Source: a bacterium (GTDB taxonomy: Bacteria; Patescibacteriota; Saccharimonadia; UBA4664). From it: a stretch of 64,000 nucleotides of DNA. The notes beneath the pieces are model-generated. The model made no database searches and was not told the DNA's origin. It was given only the letters and a program-made list of their open reading frames with translations. Of this stretch, positions 52,221 through 61,566 are shown piece after piece (position 1 is the first letter of the stretch; each line of letters opens with the position of its first letter). Location of the stretch: the NCBI GenBank assembly GCA_016699105.1, contig CP064960.1, forward strand, positions 968,729 through 1,032,728. Reading direction: 5' to 3'. The position numbers and the translations under genes were made by a program.

Positions 52221-52814
52221 TTATATTTTCTCGGCGAGCTTCCGAATTGGCTGCAGTTTGGCCTTACTCCCCTCATCAAGCATCGCAAACTCAATGTACC
52301 TGATCTTGTTCATTGTTGCTTCTTCACCCACTACACTATCAAGGATCAGGAAGCCTAGCCCAGCATATCGCTCCTTGGCCGCATCATCATAATCTGGAAT
52401 ATATATGACAATGTCTAAATGCTCATTGTCTCGCTCACTTGTGAAATACACATCCTCAACCAACATATTGTGGCCGTCATAGGTAAAAGAATCTGTTGAG
52501 ATGGGCGGCTTGAAGGCCGTGATTTTCCAGCCAGGAATGCTTGGAGCCGCCGCCACCATCTCGCGTACTCGGTCGGCATATGTCCGAACCCCGTCACACG
52601 ATACAAAGAACTCGCGCGCACCCTCTCCTAGCGGGCCGATAAGGAAGCACAGGTATTTGTCCGTTTTATCAAATTGCTTTGCGAGTAGCCCAATCAGCCG
52701 ATCCTGATCATTCTCTAGCTGGCTGTATTCATCCGCATGCTGCGCGAACCAAGTCCAAAATTCCGCATAAGTCATAGCGCGGCGTTTAAATATATTCATG
52801 AGAACATCATACAT
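52221..52814 (-). CDS. Hypothetical protein (possibly DUF695-like)
   Basis: 197-aa intact ORF immediately downstream of the Fic gene. Confidence 0.3.
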   Translation of the reverse strand: MYDVLMNIFKRRAMTYAEFWTWFAQHADEYSQLENDQDRLIGLLAKQFDKTDKYLCFLIGPLGEGAREFFVSCDGVRTYADRVREMVAAAPSIPGWKITAFKPPISTDSFTYDGHNMLVEDVYFTSERDNEHLDIVIYIPDYDDAAKERYAGLGFLILDSVVGEEATMNKIRYIEFAMLDEGSKAKLQPIRKLAEKI

Positions 52815-52961
52815 GAGACACTAGCCTCAACGGAGCCCCCACATACCAAACCCACCAACCACCAAATTACATCTCATCTCCGGCGACGGGTTGTGGGCAA
52901 AGAAGGCGCGGCAGGTGACGCCCGACGACACGCACATACAGGTGGACGCGCTCAGAATTCG

Positions 52962-53654
52962 CTAGCGCCCAATCTTCCAAACCCCCTTCTCCCGGAAGGC
53001 CGGGATGGTTTGGCGGCGGGCGGCGTTGAGCAGGGTGCTGGTTGACTGGTCAGTGGATTTTGCATAGTCGGCTAGGTCGATAATTTCGAGCCCTTTGAGA
53101 TATGCCAGGCGCTTGTGCAGAGACTCTATCAAGGCCAACGAGAGGGTGCGGTCAAGTAGTGTTGTTTTGCGGTCATCCTGGTAGGCCTGGAAGGCCGGGT
53201 AGTAGTGGTCGGCTTTGCCCTTATTGCGAATGATGAGCTGGGGATAGCCGAGCTTGGTGAGCTGGAGATTGATGAGCACGCGGCCAATCCGGCCGTTGCC
53301 ATCGCAGAAGGGGTGGATTCGCTCAAACTCAAGGTGAAAGATTGAAATGCGCTCAAGGAAGTATCGGGTATGCTCAGAGTCGTAGTCGGTGATGGCGCTT
53401 TCGATGAGCTGCTCGACGTGTTCGGGAGCCGGCGCGATGTGCGAACCTACCCGAACGTACTCGTGCTGTTTGCGGAAACGACCGGCAATTGCGTCGTCGA
53501 TGCCGCCAATCTGCATTTGGTGCAACAGGAGCATGTTCTCGGGGTTAAACTCGATGTCAGGTTTGCTGGCAAGGTATTCCGACACGCGAGCTAAGTTTTT
53601 AGCCTCGTATAGCTCCCGCGTAGACACGCTCCGCATAACTTGCTGCTCAAGCAA
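52962..53654 (-). CDS. Fic/Doc-family protein
   Basis: Fic motif HPFCDGNGRIGR. Confidence 0.85.
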   Translation of the reverse strand: MLEQQVMRSVSTRELYEAKNLARVSEYLASKPDIEFNPENMLLLHQMQIGGIDDAIAGRFRKQHEYVRVGSHIAPAPEHVEQLIESAITDYDSEHTRYFLERISIFHLEFERIHPFCDGNGRIGRVLINLQLTKLGYPQLIIRNKGKADHYYPAFQAYQDDRKTTLLDRTLSLALIESLHKRLAYLKGLEIIDLADYAKSTDQSTSTLLNAARRQTIPAFREKGVWKIGR

Positions 53655-53873
53655 AATGCGCTCGGTTTCCTTTTATATCAAGGATTATATGTCAATGTAC
53701 CCGTTAATATTGTGTGTTTTATGAACAAATTAACGGTCTTGAATCGAGTGGCCTATCTCGGTATATTGAGTGTACAAATGGGTTTCGACCTCGCCCCCGT
53801 ATCCAGCAATGGTGCGGGGGAGCAATTTTTATCGACCTTTCAGTTATCATATAACTCAACGGAGCCCATACAT

Positions 53874-54453
53874 GTCTAATAAACCCGATGACTTTCTAAC
53901 CCTTACCTTCGCCACCCCAGCAGTATGGGAGGCCTGGCTGGCCAAAAACCATGCCACGTCTACTGGGCTGTGGCTCAAGATTGCCAAGAAGGCCTCGGGT
54001 GTGGCGTCGGTGACCTATGATGAAGCGCTGGCTGTTGCGCTGTGTTATGGCTGGATTGACGGCCTCAAGCGCACGTATGATGCCACCTATTTTATCCAGC
54101 GGTTTACGCCGCGGCGGGCTCGGAGCATCTGGAGCAAACGCAATATCGGCAAAATTACTGAACTGACGGCGGCGGGGCGAATGCAACCGGCGGGACAGGC
54201 TGAGGTAGAACGGGCGCAGGCCGATGGCCGATGGGCGGCAGCCTATGATTCGCCGGCCAATATGGAAGTGCCAGCCGATTTTGTGGCGGCAGTCGAGCGC
54301 AGCCCGGTGGCAGCAGCCACCTTTGCGAAATTGAGCCGGTCTAATCTGTATGCCATTGCTTGGCGGTTGACTACGGTTAAGACGGCGGTGGGGCGGCAGA
54401 GGCGATTTGATGCATTATTAGCTATGCTCGAGCGGGGCGAGACGATTCATTAG
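53874..54453 (+). CDS. YdeI/OmpD-associated family protein
   Basis: 193 aa from MSNKPDDF. YdeI-like pattern (LWLKIAKKASGVASVTYDEALAVALCYGWIDG). GC-rich. Confidence 0.55.
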
Positions 54454-54509
54454 GTATAAAGGGGTGTACCGGCCGCCGAACCTCTGGTGAGGAACGACGG
54501 CCGGGTGGG

Positions 54510-54998
54510 TCAGGCGAGATCGCTCTGCTCGATGTAGCCGTTCACCGTGTCGACGATGTCGCTGACGAGAGACGGATGAGCGCCGTTGTAACCGGGGAGA
54601 TCAACTGTAAGTGTGTCAGGTAGACAGAGATCGTAAATCTCGTTATCTTTGCCGTGTCCAGTATGGCGACAGTTGAAACTGCCATCGAACTGGTACGAGA
54701 ACTGAAATGCACTCCAGGACACCAAGATTCCGGCACCGATTGAGTCATCCCAGCCTTCGTAGAGGAAGAAATACGCACCGGCGTCAGTGATCTGGCTGAC
54801 CCGGGCTACCAAGCGGAACCGATCCTGACACCCTACCCTGATGAACTCGAGTGTGAATTCGAGCTCGACGTCGCGGTTTGAAGCAATCCGCAATTCGGCA
54901 TGTCCGAGATGCGTGGCAACAGATCGCATCGTGCGATCGGCCAAATCGGTGTAGTCGGAGCTAGTGAGACGGGCGGGAGTCTGTCTGGTCGTGTTCAC
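54510..54998 (-). CDS. Hypothetical protein
   Basis: 162-aa ORF. No family recognised. Confidence 0.35.
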   Translation of the reverse strand: MNTTRQTPARLTSSDYTDLADRTMRSVATHLGHAELRIASNRDVELEFTLEFIRVGCQDRFRLVARVSQITDAGAYFFLYEGWDDSIGAGILVSWSAFQFSYQFDGSFNCRHTGHGKDNEIYDLCLPDTLTVDLPGYNGAHPSLVSDIVDTVNGYIEQSDLA

Positions 54999-55137
54999 GG
55001 GTTGTCGACCTCATCTCTGATTGTGGGGCCGGTATAACCGGCGGGAACGCTTTGTAAGCAGAATGAATCCTGCTGTAAAGTGATAAATATTTTATCATAT
55101 TTTGTGCTTTATGTCTATAGGCCATAGCTGATAATCA

Positions 55138-55166
55138 TTGACTTTGGTACTTAATCCTTGTATTAT
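55138..55166 (+). promoter_or_regulatory. Near-consensus sigma-70-type promoter
   Basis: TTGACT, 17-nt spacer, TATTAT, about 65 nt upstream of the 55232 start. Confidence 0.45.
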
Positions 55167-55231
55167 AGCGACGGGCTTTTCGGATAATACCCCTAGTTCG
55201 TTCCTACCCAACTTCGACAGATTGGACGGCC

Positions 55232-56221
55232 ATGTCCGACCAACAATCTTGGTTCGCGATAGCAGGTTTCGTCATCGTGGCAGTTCTCGTGATCGTATTG
55301 AAAATCCGGTCAGATCGATCTGAACAGTGGCTGATGCGGCGCGCAAACATTGAGTCAACGCTCAATACTGCCTGTAATAAAGATGCATTTGGCAGTAGTC
55401 AGACAGAAATCGAAACAGCCGCTCGTACCATCAAGGACATCATGTATAGCGGTAACGATACTGACCAGAATATTTTGGCGTCCCTCTACCGTCACAATGA
55501 TATCAATAGAGCGGTCGAGGTAGCATTTAATGCTGCCAATAGGGCAGCTATGAAAGCGGAAATCGCGGCTTGCTTGATCGAACTGAATGCTTTGACGGAT
55601 GATCTCAACACGCGCGATGTTGAAGCCTATGCCAGAGCCCGCACGCGCCAGGTGGATTTGTGTGAGCGAATTCTCGATGGCACGCGCAACCTCGACCGCA
55701 TTAGTCAAAATGTAGTGTTGAAAGAGTGGCCGCTGTTTCAGCGGTTTGACGATGGCGAAACGTGGGTCAAGACGGCGCACCGCGATCTCATCTGGACCCT
55801 GTTTGAGGCCGCCGATACGGCCCATTCACTCGAGAATGTGGCTGATTATCTGCGCGTTATCGTTGAGCTGACGATGCGTCGTGAGGGATTGATGACCGAG
55901 TCGTACTTTGAGCATTATCACCGTCTGCGTGGTCTCTTGGCCGACACCTCCGTCGATGATCTGTACGGCTACGGCCTGCCAGGTGATTACGCCATACAGA
56001 TGATCGTTCATGCTGGTGTGGACGAGCTCGATGCAGAGAATGCAAAGCCCGATCTGGGCAAGATCTACATGGCAATTCTGTATTTGAAGGCTAATCCGTT
56101 GCTGTTTGCGTCATTTGAAACCACAGATTGGCTGAGCCGGCTGGAAGAAGCCAGGCTCCGCTTGATTGCCGACTGGATGGCTAGCCACCGGTCTACTACC
56201 CCCACTGCCCCAGAAGAATAG
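55232..56221 (+). CDS. Hypothetical membrane-anchored protein
   Basis: 329-aa ORF with an N-terminal TM (WFAIAGFVIVAVLVIVL) then a helical soluble domain. Confidence 0.45.
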   Translation: MSDQQSWFAIAGFVIVAVLVIVLKIRSDRSEQWLMRRANIESTLNTACNKDAFGSSQTEIETAARTIKDIMYSGNDTDQNILASLYRHNDINRAVEVAFNAANRAAMKAEIAACLIELNALTDDLNTRDVEAYARARTRQVDLCERILDGTRNLDRISQNVVLKEWPLFQRFDDGETWVKTAHRDLIWTLFEAADTAHSLENVADYLRVIVELTMRREGLMTESYFEHYHRLRGLLADTSVDDLYGYGLPGDYAIQMIVHAGVDELDAENAKPDLGKIYMAILYLKANPLLFASFETTDWLSRLEEARLRLIADWMASHRSTTPTAPEE

Positions 56222-56264
56222 GAAGATTAGGCCCTGTTATTCTGGGGCCTTTGCTGTGGTGAAC

Positions 56265-57028
56265 TAATTCGGGCGCAGGGTGCCGGCAAACACCTGCCAA
56301 GCCAGCAATGATTTAGCTACTAAACTCAGGATAATGTAGGCACGCTCACCGTAGAGATAGTTTTCCAAGGGCCGATTTTACGGTATTGCAGCACCATATT
56401 GACGGCAAACGCATTGAAGAACACAAAGATGGAAACGTAGATCCAGTAAACGAAAGTCGGGGGTTTGGAGCCATAGGCGGCGGCCGCCAGAAAGTAGGCG
56501 CCGATGACGAGCCAGGGCACAATACCGAGCAAGCACCCAATCCAATAGCTGAGCCAATTGGTACGCTTAGTAGTTTGGTTATGGACTTCCATGACCAATC
56601 CCATGAGATTCATACCCGCGGTGAGGGCAAATATCATCGCTAATGACGAGGCGTCATACACACCCACCAGTAAAGCGATGGCTACCATCATAGTGCTAGC
56701 AGACAAAGAGTACTCGATCCAACGTGCGCGGTTGATGCCGTCCTTGAGATCAGCTTCGTAGCGGCGGCGGTAGACAGTCACAATGGTGAAATGAGCCAGT
56801 GCCGATAGCGCAAAAAGCCCGCGACTAAGGGCGCTAGGGGCATTCGCCCAGCTGGCGGGTGGCGGTATCGAGGCTTTGGGTGGCGGGATTAAAGACCAGA
56901 TATGGCATGTTGACTGGCAAGCGGAAGTCTTTTGCCAGGGCCAGTACGGCGGCGGCTTGGAATAAATGCAGGACATAGGCGAACCAGTTAAGGCGATTCA
57001 AACTCATGAGCGAAATTGATGATGTCAT
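56265..57028 (-). CDS. Heliorhodopsin (two apparent frameshifts)
   Basis: Seven-TM protein with the heliorhodopsin signature throughout. N-terminus NRLNWFAYVLHLFQAAAVLALAKDFRLP. Middle: SALSRGLFALSALAHFTIV...ARWIEYSLSASTMMVAIALL...WIGCLLGIVPWLVIGAYF. C-terminus YGERAYIILSLVAKSLLAWQVFAGTLRPN, where K in LVAKS is the retinal Schiff-base lysine position. Frame junctions at about 56848 (extra G) and about 56362 (A run). Confidence 0.8.
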
Positions 57029-57153
57029 ATGTAAAGTTTAGCATAAGCGGTATACGTTTTCGGAAATTATATTTACAAATAAGCCTTTATATATCATAAT
57101 TTCTCAATCTGTAACACGAGTTACAGATATTCCCGGCTGAAGGGACAACTCAA

Positions 57154-58356
57154 GTGAGATCTCTCCGTTGGTTGGTAACCTCGGTAATTGCAGCGATTGT
57201 GCTCTTGTTCGGCAGCAGCTCGGCCTATGCCGCACCGCATGCCAGCATCGACAGTGCAACTATCGAGAAGAGCGTCGTCTCTCTGACGATCAATTGGTCC
57301 GGCAAGGTTCGTTATCCCACTAATAACAATGGTGAAGACGTCACTGACGCCATCGACCTCAAGGGTCATTGTACAGGCTTCTTTGTCTCCAAAGACGGCG
57401 ATATTGTAACTGCTGGCCACTGTGTCGATCCTGAAGAGGTCAAGATCAGCTTCATCAATGCGGCTATCAAGCATCTACAGGAAGACGGACGACTGACCGG
57501 CACGATCGACAAGGACTATATTTACCAGAACTGGACACCGGAAGGTGCTAGCAAGGGTTCTCAGCCCCTCGTGCAGGTCCGAGTCAGCCAGGCTGATGAC
57601 GTAAATGCGCCTGTATCGATGAATGACCGGCCGGCTCAGATCATTGCGGTCGACCCGTCAAACCAGGGTGATGTCGCGCTACTCAAGCTGTCAGGCGTCA
57701 CCGGGACTGTTCCCCTGGCTGTGGCAGCCCAGGCCCCCGCCATCGGTACACCCGTGACATCGGTGGGTTTTCCGGCGATTCTCAACACGGAGCAGGATGT
57801 ACCGAATCAGCGGGCCAGCTTCAAGTCTGGTGAGGTGAGCTCTGTCCAGACGACGGATGACGGTATTCCGCGTATCGAGGTCAGTTCCGAACTGAGCCAT
57901 GGGATGTCTGGCGGGCCGACCGTAGATTTGGCCGGCAACGTTGTGGGTGTCAACTCGCGCGGGTTCACATCTACGGGACAAGGTGCATTCAACTTCATCA
58001 CCGATCCGGGACGACTCACTTCCTACCTGACGGCGCATGGCGTGACGGCGAACGCGCCGCGAGCGACTGTGGCACCATCAGCATCGGGCCAGGCGTCACC
58101 CGGTCCCGTAGTGTCAGTTGCACCTGTCTCGTCCGATAGCTCTCCGAGCGGGGCAATGATTGCACTCGGTGTCGTCGTCGTGCTCGCTGCAATTGGCGGC
58201 GGGTTGTTCTTTCGGAATCGACAGGCTCGACCGGCACCGGCAGCTGTTGTATCGACGCCAGTCGCCAGCGGTACCGCTCTGTGCTCCTATGGTCACTTCA
58301 ACCTAGTAGGCGCTCAATTCTGCAGCACCTGCGGCACGGCACTGAAGACAACGTAG
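57154..58356 (+). CDS. Secreted, membrane-anchored S1 (trypsin-like) serine protease with cytoplasmic zinc-ribbon tail
   Basis: Signal peptide. Catalytic His (TAGHCV) and Ser (GMSGGP). Ser/Pro linker, C-terminal TM (IALGVVVVLAAIGGGLFF), then a CxxGH...CxxCG motif (CSYGHFNLVGAQFCSTCG). Confidence 0.7.
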   Translation: MRSLRWLVTSVIAAIVLLFGSSSAYAAPHASIDSATIEKSVVSLTINWSGKVRYPTNNNGEDVTDAIDLKGHCTGFFVSKDGDIVTAGHCVDPEEVKISFINAAIKHLQEDGRLTGTIDKDYIYQNWTPEGASKGSQPLVQVRVSQADDVNAPVSMNDRPAQIIAVDPSNQGDVALLKLSGVTGTVPLAVAAQAPAIGTPVTSVGFPAILNTEQDVPNQRASFKSGEVSSVQTTDDGIPRIEVSSELSHGMSGGPTVDLAGNVVGVNSRGFTSTGQGAFNFITDPGRLTSYLTAHGVTANAPRATVAPSASGQASPGPVVSVAPVSSDSSPSGAMIALGVVVVLAAIGGGLFFRNRQARPAPAAVVSTPVASGTALCSYGHFNLVGAQFCSTCGTALKTT

Positions 58357-58366
58357 GGTTCCACCG

Positions 58367-58405
58367 TCGCTGGTGTCTCGCACGAGACACCAGCGACTTT
58401 TCATT
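58367..58405 (+). terminator. Rho-independent terminator of the protease gene
   Basis: 13-bp perfect stem tcgctggtgtctc-gcac-gagacaccagcga, followed by cttttcattt. Confidence 0.7.
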
Positions 58406-58696
58406 TGATCATCGTAAAATTATTATTCGCAGGCGTAACCATCTTTATCGCGGTCAAGCTGATACCTGTCACTACCGGTGGCGGTGTCAGACAATACGTC
58501 ACGGAACTAATTCCCGAATCTTTTAATGGACTTCAATTTGGCTTTGGCGGCTTCGGTGGCACGGTCACGGGCGTGGCGTGTTGTAACCCGACAGTTTGCG
58601 CACGTATTGTAGAGCTGCTTCCCGCACTTCGACATCGGTGGCAGGCGGATCGAAGTTGAATAAAATTTTAATATTTCTACACATAATTCAATTTGC

Positions 58697-59329
58697 CTAT
58701 TCTTCAAGTAACTTAATAAGCTGTGGCTTCACTAATCCGGCTACAAACTGGTGCCCATTATCATTTAAATGAATGCCGTCCTTGGCGAATAGATCTCCTT
58801 CAGTATTTGATTGCATGGCTGAATGGACATCCACGAGCTGAATACTCTCCTCTTCCGCAACTTTCGCTAACACCTGATTATATTCAGTAATATGTTGTTG
58901 ACTGATAATTGTGCTTTTAAAGGCGGTATCCGCGTCGCGTACCGTTGCTAGTCCGACAATGAGAATGCGCGAAGTGTAGGTGCGGGCAATTTCAATTAGA
59001 GCTTTTATATTTGTGCGATATTCGTCGATTGGTACGATTGGATCACTGCCTGATGAATGCCGGGTGTCATTCGATCCGGTAGCAATGACTATTACAGGTG
59101 GCCAATCGGGTCGATGCCGAAAATCTAATTCTGTCTTGAACCGACCGAGCAATCCCCGTGAATGTTCGCCGCCAATGCCCAGATTAAACATCTGATATTT
59201 GACGCCTGCGGATTCATCCAAAGTCAGTTGGTGCATTTCGAGTTTGATTCGATCGCACCACCCACCTTGACTGTCCCAAGCGCCATACGTCTGACTATCG
59301 CCAAAAACATAGATACGGGCGAGTTTCAT
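58697..59329 (-). CDS. SGNH/GDSL-family hydrolase
   Basis: About 210 aa from MKLARIYVFGDSQTYGAW (GDS(L) block I). Blocks GGEHSRG, ATGSNDT and DGIHLN are also present. Confidence 0.75.
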   Translation of the reverse strand: MKLARIYVFGDSQTYGAWDSQGGWCDRIKLEMHQLTLDESAGVKYQMFNLGIGGEHSRGLLGRFKTELDFRHRPDWPPVIVIATGSNDTRHSSGSDPIVPIDEYRTNIKALIEIARTYTSRILIVGLATVRDADTAFKSTIISQQHITEYNQVLAKVAEEESIQLVDVHSAMQSNTEGDLFAKDGIHLNDNGHQFVAGLVKPQLIKLLEE

Positions 59330-59672
59330 GATTGTGTACCGGTTACTGAATTGATAATTATAAATTGCCCTTCGGGTAGGTGCGTTATTTTGTCTTCGCC
59401 GAAATATTGCCGAAACCAATCGCCCTATATTCGGCCTTATTCCCCAGGTCGACTCGGGCCAAGCAAGAAAACTACTCAAAATCTTGGGATGTGCGATGCG
59501 CTTGGTTATTTCGGCCGCTAAATGTGGATCATAATCGGGGATGTTGCGGTCGTTGCCGCCGGCCAGTACATGGTTGTACTCATGGAGTCATTATAAATGA
59601 TAACCGCCCCTGAGCAGACCCGACACCGAAGTGTAGGTCCGCCCGAGGCGGTAGTGCTTTTCGTTGCTCGTA

Positions 59673-60248
59673 CTACTGGCTGATCAGACGCAGGAACTGC
59701 GCCAGACGCCGCGGCCAGCCCGGCTTCGGCTCACGCCAGATGGTGGGTCGGATCCGGCACTGGGTAATGCCGTCGTAGTACAGGCCGCAGGTGGCGACGG
59801 GGCCGAATACGGTGATCGACTGGAGGGATCCGGTCTTCTCACTTACCCAGCTGTCAACGGTACCCCTGCAGCCAACGAATCGATTGCCGCCGACGTATAC
59901 ACCACGGTAGGCACTCTTGCGGTCGACGGTCGCCGCCCCCTTGACGATCTCCACTTCGACGATGGTGATGTCGGTTCGCGACGCTATCAGTGTGACGAGA
60001 TCCGGCGTCGGCTCGGTCACGATGCCGTACACCTCGAAATACCAACGCTGCCGCGACTTACTCCACTTGAGGATGAAGTTGTCGACGGTCGGCATCGGGT
60101 TGACCGGTTCGCCTGCCTCATCCGTCCGAGAAAGTTCCGCTGCGAACTCGGATCTACCGTCGATTTCGATGAAAAACTTGGTGCCCATGACGTTTCCTCT
60201 GTCCTGCTGCTTGTAGTAGAAGTAGGAGGTGCTCGCCCGAAGCAGCAA
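59673..60248 (-). CDS. Hypothetical protein
   Basis: 191-aa ORF (or 171 aa from MGTKFF). No family recognised. Confidence 0.35.
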   Translation of the reverse strand: MLLRASTSYFYYKQQDRGNVMGTKFFIEIDGRSEFAAELSRTDEAGEPVNPMPTVDNFILKWSKSRQRWYFEVYGIVTEPTPDLVTLIASRTDITIVEVEIVKGAATVDRKSAYRGVYVGGNRFVGCRGTVDSWVSEKTGSLQSITVFGPVATCGLYYDGITQCRIRPTIWREPKPGWPRRLAQFLRLISQ

Positions 60249-60299
60249 CGGAGAGCTAACCGGGCACGACTCCGGTCATGCGCAATTAGCTCTCCGTTG
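60246..60299 (-). promoter_or_regulatory. Long hairpin in the 5' region of the 59673-60248 gene
   Basis: 14-bp perfect inverted repeat caacggagagctaa...ttagctctccgttg around a 26-nt loop that itself contains ccgg...ccgg. Confidence 0.3.
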
Positions 60300-60442
60300 G
60301 GTTGGAAGGTACTAGAATAGTAACATTATACTAATTAATGCTTTATTTGTCAATATTCTCGGGTACTGTCTTGATACAAATTGCTTTTATATGATTATAT
60401 GTTATAAATTATTATCCCATTCGCACATTGAGGTAGGTTCAC

Positions 60443-60730
60443 ATGGCAACGATCGTCCAGCGCGACCACCCGGCAACTCGGCCACCCCATGGTGGGTGTC
60501 CATTCGAGGTAATCACCGCAGAACTGATTCGACAGGTGGGTCACGCCTGGCTCGAACTCACGGGGCTCGATGGAGTCCGGACTTGCGTGATTGGTGTTTT
60601 CACCGTGATCTGTACCCTCCGGAATACGGATGGCACCGTACTGAGCTTCTACTGCCAAGACAGGGATGGTAACCACTACTTCGGATACGTGCACCGGGAA
60701 AGCTTTACTGTCATCAAATCACGGCGCTAG
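60443..60730 (+). CDS. Small hypothetical protein
   Basis: 95-aa ORF. RBS gaggtagg lies 6 nt upstream. Confidence 0.45.
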   Translation: MATIVQRDHPATRPPHGGCPFEVITAELIRQVGHAWLELTGLDGVRTCVIGVFTVICTLRNTDGTVLSFYCQDRDGNHYFGYVHRESFTVIKSRR

Positions 60731-60823
60731 TCTCCACCACGGGCCAGACTCGGTTCTGGCCCCGGGCCCATCTCGAATTCTCGAGGTGGGCTTTCTTTAT
60801 GTTGCGGCAGATACATGCAAAAA

Positions 60824-60849
60824 GCGCCTAGAGATATTACTCTAGGCGC
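60824..60849. terminator. Hairpin between convergent genes
   Basis: 10-bp perfect stem gcgcctagag-atatta-ctctaggcgc. Confidence 0.45.
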
Positions 60850-60914
60850 ACGGGCGTCGGGAACCGTTCGTCCCTCTTTGCCCTTTCTCCAGTACTGGAT
60901 CAGCGACACGATGG

Positions 60915-61325
60915 TCAGCCATGGAGACGGATGAGCCAGGCGTCGCCGTAGACGGCAGCGATTGGTACTACCGCCCAGAGCCAGATCCAGATGGCTCCCA
61001 ACGGCGGGTGCCGCTTGTAGTGGCCGAACACCCACAGCATCATGGCACCGAAGAGCATGTACCCGCCCATCACGATGATGAGCGCTCGCCCGTAGGCGGT
61101 ATCGGTCTCGGTGTAGCCACCAGTCAACGGCACGTTGAGCAGGAAGCGAAACATCAGCTCGAGTCCACCGCTGGTGAAGCGCAGGTACAACCCAACCACG
61201 CAGAGCGCGGTGAGTGTAACGCCGTAGAAGCCGGCTCGCAGCATCTGCCACGAGGTCTTGCGGGGCTGGAATTCAGAATCCGAAGTCGTTCCTATCGCTC
61301 GGCGGTACCGGAGAAGTGATGTCAA
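60915..61325 (-). CDS. Hypothetical membrane protein
   Basis: 136-aa ORF with three TM helices. I prefer it over the overlapping 60727-61251 ORF, which looks like low-complexity noise. Confidence 0.4.
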   Translation of the reverse strand: MTSLLRYRRAIGTTSDSEFQPRKTSWQMLRAGFYGVTLTALCVVGLYLRFTSGGLELMFRFLLNVPLTGGYTETDTAYGRALIIVMGGYMLFGAMMLWVFGHYKRHPPLGAIWIWLWAVVPIAAVYGDAWLIRLHG

Positions 61326-61394
61326 TCGAACTGAGTTATATTAACATAAGTAGTGGCAATTATATACTTGACGTTACCAAGGCCAAAAGAGGGC

Positions 61395-61566
61395 TTATTT
61401 GTCAGCTTTTTCTGGCGGCGGCGTTTGCCCCATCTTCTTTACTGCATCCTTGAAATTCAGATCAACTTTGACCCGCTTTTCGGCAGGGTTTGCCGTATCT
61501 TGATCATTCCTGATCTGAGTGGCTAGCTCGTCAAGTTGTTGTTTCGTAGGTTTAGCGTCTGGCATT
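61395..61566 (-). CDS. Small hydrophilic protein (57 aa)
   Basis: MPDAKPTKQQLDELATQIRNDQDTANPAEKRVKVDLNFKDAVKKMGQTPPPEKADK. RBS aggag lies 7 nt upstream. Below the ORF-track length cutoff. Confidence 0.3.

Noticed and set aside
58405-58659. 84-aa TTG-initiated ORF between the protease and the GDSL hydrolase
   Set aside because: It starts inside the protease terminator tail, has no RBS and a Gly-rich low-complexity middle. I kept only the terminator.
60727-61251. 174-aa minus-strand ORF
   Set aside because: It is Arg/His-rich and low-complexity, and overlaps the better membrane-protein ORF at 60915-61325.
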